From Candidatus Altimarinota bacterium (GTDB taxonomy: Bacteria > Patescibacteriota > Gracilibacteria > UBA1369): a stretch of 32,000 bases of DNA. Below the pieces are notes generated by a model. That model made no database searches and was not told where the DNA came from. It was given only the letters and a program-made list of their open reading frames with translations. The position numbers and the translations under genes were made by a program. Below are positions 28,301-32,000 of the stretch, in pieces. The stretch spans positions 60,001 to 92,000 of the forward strand of contig JBAZYK010000002.1 in NCBI GenBank assembly GCA_041659405.1, written 5' to 3'. Each line of letters opens with the position of its first letter. The stretch's first letter is position 1.

Positions 28301-28377
28301 TGGTGGAGCCTAAGGGAGTCGAACCCTTGACCTCCTCGGTGCAAACGAGGCGCTCTGGCCAGCTGAGCTAAGGCCCC
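28301..28377 (-). tRNA. tRNA-Ala (anticodon TGC), CCA encoded
   Basis: The reverse complement is GGGGCCTTAGCTCAGCTGGCCAGAGCGCCTCGTTTGCACCGAGGAGGTCAAGGGTTCGACTCCCTTAGGCTCCACCA. The anticodon loop is TTTGCAC and the G3:U70 Ala identity pair is present. Confidence 0.93.
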
Positions 28378-28531
28378 ACATTGTGGTTCATCTTTTCAAA
28401 ACGCGAACATTATAAAGAAGTCGCCCAAATTTGCAAATCAATTTAATTTAAATTGTACTAAACTGGAACAAAACCATTCAAAAATCAATACAGAAGAATA
28501 AAACAAACCGTATTTAAATGCATCTTAAAAG

Positions 28532-28560
28532 CAAAAAAGAGCCCCGCCGAAGCAGGACTC
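28532..28560 (-). terminator. strong Rho-independent terminator after the zinc-ribbon gene, upstream of tRNA-Ala
   Basis: Minus-sense gagtcctgc-UUCG-gcggggctc forms a 9-bp stem (2 G.U pairs) with a UUCG tetraloop, followed by TTTTTTGC. Confidence 0.75.
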
Positions 28561-28585
28561 TTTTTCTAATATCAAATTGATTCAA

Positions 28586-28861
28586 TTACGCCATTCTTCT
28601 TTTGCCGCCTTTAGCGTCAAAACAAGCGCGACATAAAACTGGACGGTCACCCTTTGGAACAAAAGGAACCTCAGTCTCAACTCCGCATTCGGAGCAGTTT
28701 ACCTTAGTGAAAGAAAGCTTTCTGTTATCTTTCTTTTCTCTGCGGCAATTGCCACAACGTTTTGGATCTTGGAAACCTTTTTCAGCAAAGAACTGTTGTT
28801 CTTCAGCTGTAAATTCAAAAGGTTGACCACAATCCTGACAAGTTAATGTTTTACTTTCCAT
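28586..28861 (-). CDS. double CxxC zinc-ribbon protein (zf-trcl-like, hypothetical)
   Basis: 91 aa. It has two zinc knuckle pairs: CQDCG...x17...CGNCR and CSECG...x17...CRACF. The pattern C.dCg..F.F.a.EQ.F...KGF..P.RC..CR matches the probable zinc-binding domain family, as recalled from memory. The C-terminus is basic. Confidence 0.7.
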   Translation of the reverse strand: MESKTLTCQDCGQPFEFTAEEQQFFAEKGFQDPKRCGNCRREKKDNRKLSFTKVNCSECGVETEVPFVPKGDRPVLCRACFDAKGGKRRMA

Positions 28862-29092
28862 GTGAACGATGTATAAAAAATAAAGTTTCTCCCTTAAACC
28901 TGGAAACCTCGGGAGATGTTGTTACTCGACCTTTATAGAAACGTCCCGATGTGATTCCCCTGAAAAAAAGAGTTTTTCTTGGTATGTTTAATACCCAGAA
29001 TGTAATAGAGAAGTAGCATGCACCTCGCTTGCGCGAGGCTCGACCTAGAAGGTTCCTATGAATAAATTCATAAGTCTTCTAATATCTCCTAG

Positions 29093-30593
<1,501 letters not shown>

Positions 30594-30748
30594 AATTCAA
30601 CCCTAAGGTTGAAAATAGCAAAGAAATTTGAATTCTTGCTTGCTTTGATTCTGGCGAACCAAAGACTTAATTTTTAATTTAGTACGACATTTGCTTTCCG
30701 GGGAGGAAAACAAATGCAATTACGCATGACTTCTCTATTACATCCTGA

Positions 30749-30761
30749 ATGTTAAAGAACA
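30749..30761 (-). promoter_or_regulatory. boxA-like antitermination element in the 16S leader
   Basis: Minus-sense TGTTCTTTAACAT versus E. coli boxA TGCTCTTTAACAA (11/13). It lies between the promoter and the 16S processing-stem strand. Confidence 0.5.
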
Positions 30762-30806
30762 AACCAAATGCTTGTGAGCACATAAAACATACTCGAAAGC
30801 AGGACA

Positions 30807-30835
30807 ATTTTAGTGAATGGGGTCGACGAAGTCAA
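30807..30835 (-). promoter_or_regulatory. sigma70-type promoter for 16S rRNA
   Basis: Minus-sense TTGACT (30835-30830), a 17-nt spacer, then TAAAAT (30812-30807). It is preceded by an A/T-rich UP-like tract (aaagaaattgtaaaaatcttc) and lies about 205 nt upstream of the mature 16S 5' end. Confidence 0.6.
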
Positions 30836-31167
30836 GAAGATTTTTACAATTTCTTTATGGCGAACCGATTAAACCAATTTTAACGCAGCAGTTAACTATT
30901 ACACAGCCCCCTGTTCAACCCTAAATCTCTGTTTTAAACCATAAAAAAAATTTTATTTCTCTAATAATTTTAAAACTTCACACTTAAATAAAGTCCCCAT
31001 TTTTAAAAGTTTAGAAGGAATTTAGAGTTTATAAAACTTTGAAAAACCATAAACCTCTCAACAGGCACAACATTTCACATGAACATGTCAAGGAACTTGC
31101 TCATCTCAAAGCCAATAAAATATGGTACAATATCTCAGACAAAAATAAATTTTTCACTTTAAACAAT

Positions 31168-31818
31168 ATGCAATTTCAACAAGGCCAGACCCAAGGAGGA
31201 CAAGCTCAACCAATCAGTAACAATATTCTTATTCCTACAGTAATAGAGAAAACCAGTATGGGCGAACGAGCTTATGACATTTATTCTCGTCTTTTAAAGG
31301 ATCGCATCATTTTTTTGGGCACCGCTATTAATGATGCTGTCGCAAACACAATCATTGCCCAGCTTTTATTTTTGGAGAGTGAAAATCCTAAAAAGGACAT
31401 CACCATATATATTCAAAGTCCGGGCGGACACGTAACTGCGGGACTTGCGATTTACGACACCATGCAACACATCCAACCGGAAGTTTCAACCGTTTGCGTT
31501 GGCATGGCTGCTTCAATGGGCGCGATTATATTGGCCGGAGGAGCAAAAGGTAAACGTTTTTGTTTACCAAATGCAGAAGTTATGATTCATCAACCTCTTG
31601 GTGGAACCGAAGGTCAAGCGAGCGACATCTTCATTCATGCAACTCATATTATCAACACTAAAGACCGCCTTAACAAAATTTTAGCTGAACATACCGGTCA
31701 ACCACTAAAAGTCATTGAAAAAGACACCGACCGCGATAACTTTATGTCTGCCGACGATGCCATGAAGTACGGATTGGTTGATAAGGTCATCAAAAAAAGA
31801 CCGGCAACCTCAAACTAA
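31168..31818 (+). CDS. clpP: ATP-dependent Clp protease proteolytic subunit
   Basis: It contains [30 protein letters not shown], the catalytic-Ser context GMAASMGA, and IHQPLGG. The start is set at the ATG at 31168 (216 aa). The track ORF begins at a TTG 43 codons upstream, giving a non-ClpP-like extension that overlaps a TGgTACAAT extended -10 box at 31123-31131. Confidence 0.9.
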   Translation: MQFQQGQTQGGQAQPISNNILIPTVIEKTSMGERAYDIYSRLLKDRIIFLGTAINDAVANTIIAQLLFLESENPKKDITIYIQSPGGHVTAGLAIYDTMQHIQPEVSTVCVGMAASMGAIILAGGAKGKRFCLPNAEVMIHQPLGGTEGQASDIFIHATHIINTKDRLNKILAEHTGQPLKVIEKDTDRDNFMSADDAMKYGLVDKVIKKRPATSN

Positions 31819-31838
31819 TCTTACATAAATAAAAACAT

Positions 31839-31875
31839 AAGGCTTAGCTCTTAACAGACTAGGCCTTTATTTTTT
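31839..31875. terminator. bidirectional terminator between clpP and the convergent RimK-like gene
   Basis: aaggcttag (31839-31847) pairs with ctaggcctt (31859-31867) in a 9-bp stem with one G.U pair, followed by TATTTTTT on the plus strand. The stem overlaps the stop codon of the minus-strand gene. Confidence 0.6.
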
Positions 31876-31999
31876 GCTTCTTTTCTTTTGAAGCCAAATG
31901 ACTCTTGGCAAATTCAATGGCATATTCCACAAATTTTTTGCCAACATCCACTTGAGTTGCCTCCACTAAACCAATAAAACCGGGATTGGAATTAACTTC
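31859..31999 (-). CDS. RimK-family ATP-grasp protein, C-terminal 46 codons only (5' part beyond window end)
   Basis: Manual minus-strand translation gives EVNSNPGFIGLVEATQVDVGKKFVEYAIEFAKSHLASKEKKQKIKA*. This resembles the E. coli RimK C-terminus ([31 protein letters not shown], recalled from memory). Confidence 0.55.
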   Translation of the reverse strand, partial: EVNSNPGFIGLVEATQVDVGKKFVEYAIEFAKSHLASKEKKQKIKA

Positions 32000-32000
32000 C

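Noticed and set aside
31039-31167. 43-codon TTG-initiated extension of clpP
   Set aside because: It has no ClpP similarity and contains a plausible extended -10 promoter (TGgTACAAT). The ATG at 31168 gives a normal ClpP with a short Gln-rich N-terminus.

Overview
This window is a gene-dense, roughly 40% GC bacterial chromosomal segment. Long ORFs are intact, so it uses the standard genetic code. The 16S sequence, the dispersed rRNA genes, the PrgI-type gene and the scarcity of Shine-Dalgarno sites suggest a small-genome, CPR/Patescibacteria-like organism; this placement is low confidence.

Gene content, left to right:
- A minus-strand histidine block, hisC(partial)-hisD-hisG(short form)-hisS, with 4-8 nt overlaps between genes.
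- A YerC/TrpR-like gene with its own terminator.
- purA followed by an MgtA-like P-type ATPase.
- tRNA-Val.
- An NRAMP-fold permease operonic with a membrane-less MgtE (PRC + MgtE_N + CBS) protein.
- A Lys/Ala-rich secreted protein.
- tRNA-Leu.
- 5-formyl-THF cyclo-ligase and glyA.
- A membrane-anchored family-5 substrate-binding protein (SBP) followed by a HAMP-PP2C sensor phosphatase.
- lepA.
- A PrgI-family gene followed by a VirB4-N-terminal-like ORF that stops without an ATPase domain.
- A dismantled minus-strand rRNA locus: 16S, zinc-ribbon gene, tRNA-Ala, tRNA-Ile, ATP-grasp gene, antisense hemW, an 81-aa membrane protein, 23S, 5S.
- clpP, and the 3' end of a RimK-like gene.

Most interesting observations:
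1. The NRAMP-like permease has lost the canonical DPGN/MPH metal-site residues. It is paired with a soluble MgtE sensor module, next to mgtA.
2. A near-identical 126-164 nt element occurs twice in direct orientation, each copy convergent with a tRNA gene. It preserves a 33-45 codon basic ORF, and the two copies bracket the ~4 kb magnesium module.
3. The rRNA locus has 3.9 kb of protein-coding genes and apparent intrinsic terminators between 16S and 23S, yet both rRNAs keep boxA-like sites and their own processing stems.
4. A full-length HisRS sits in the hisZ position, coupled to a short-form HisG.

No CRISPR array, transposase or integrase was seen.
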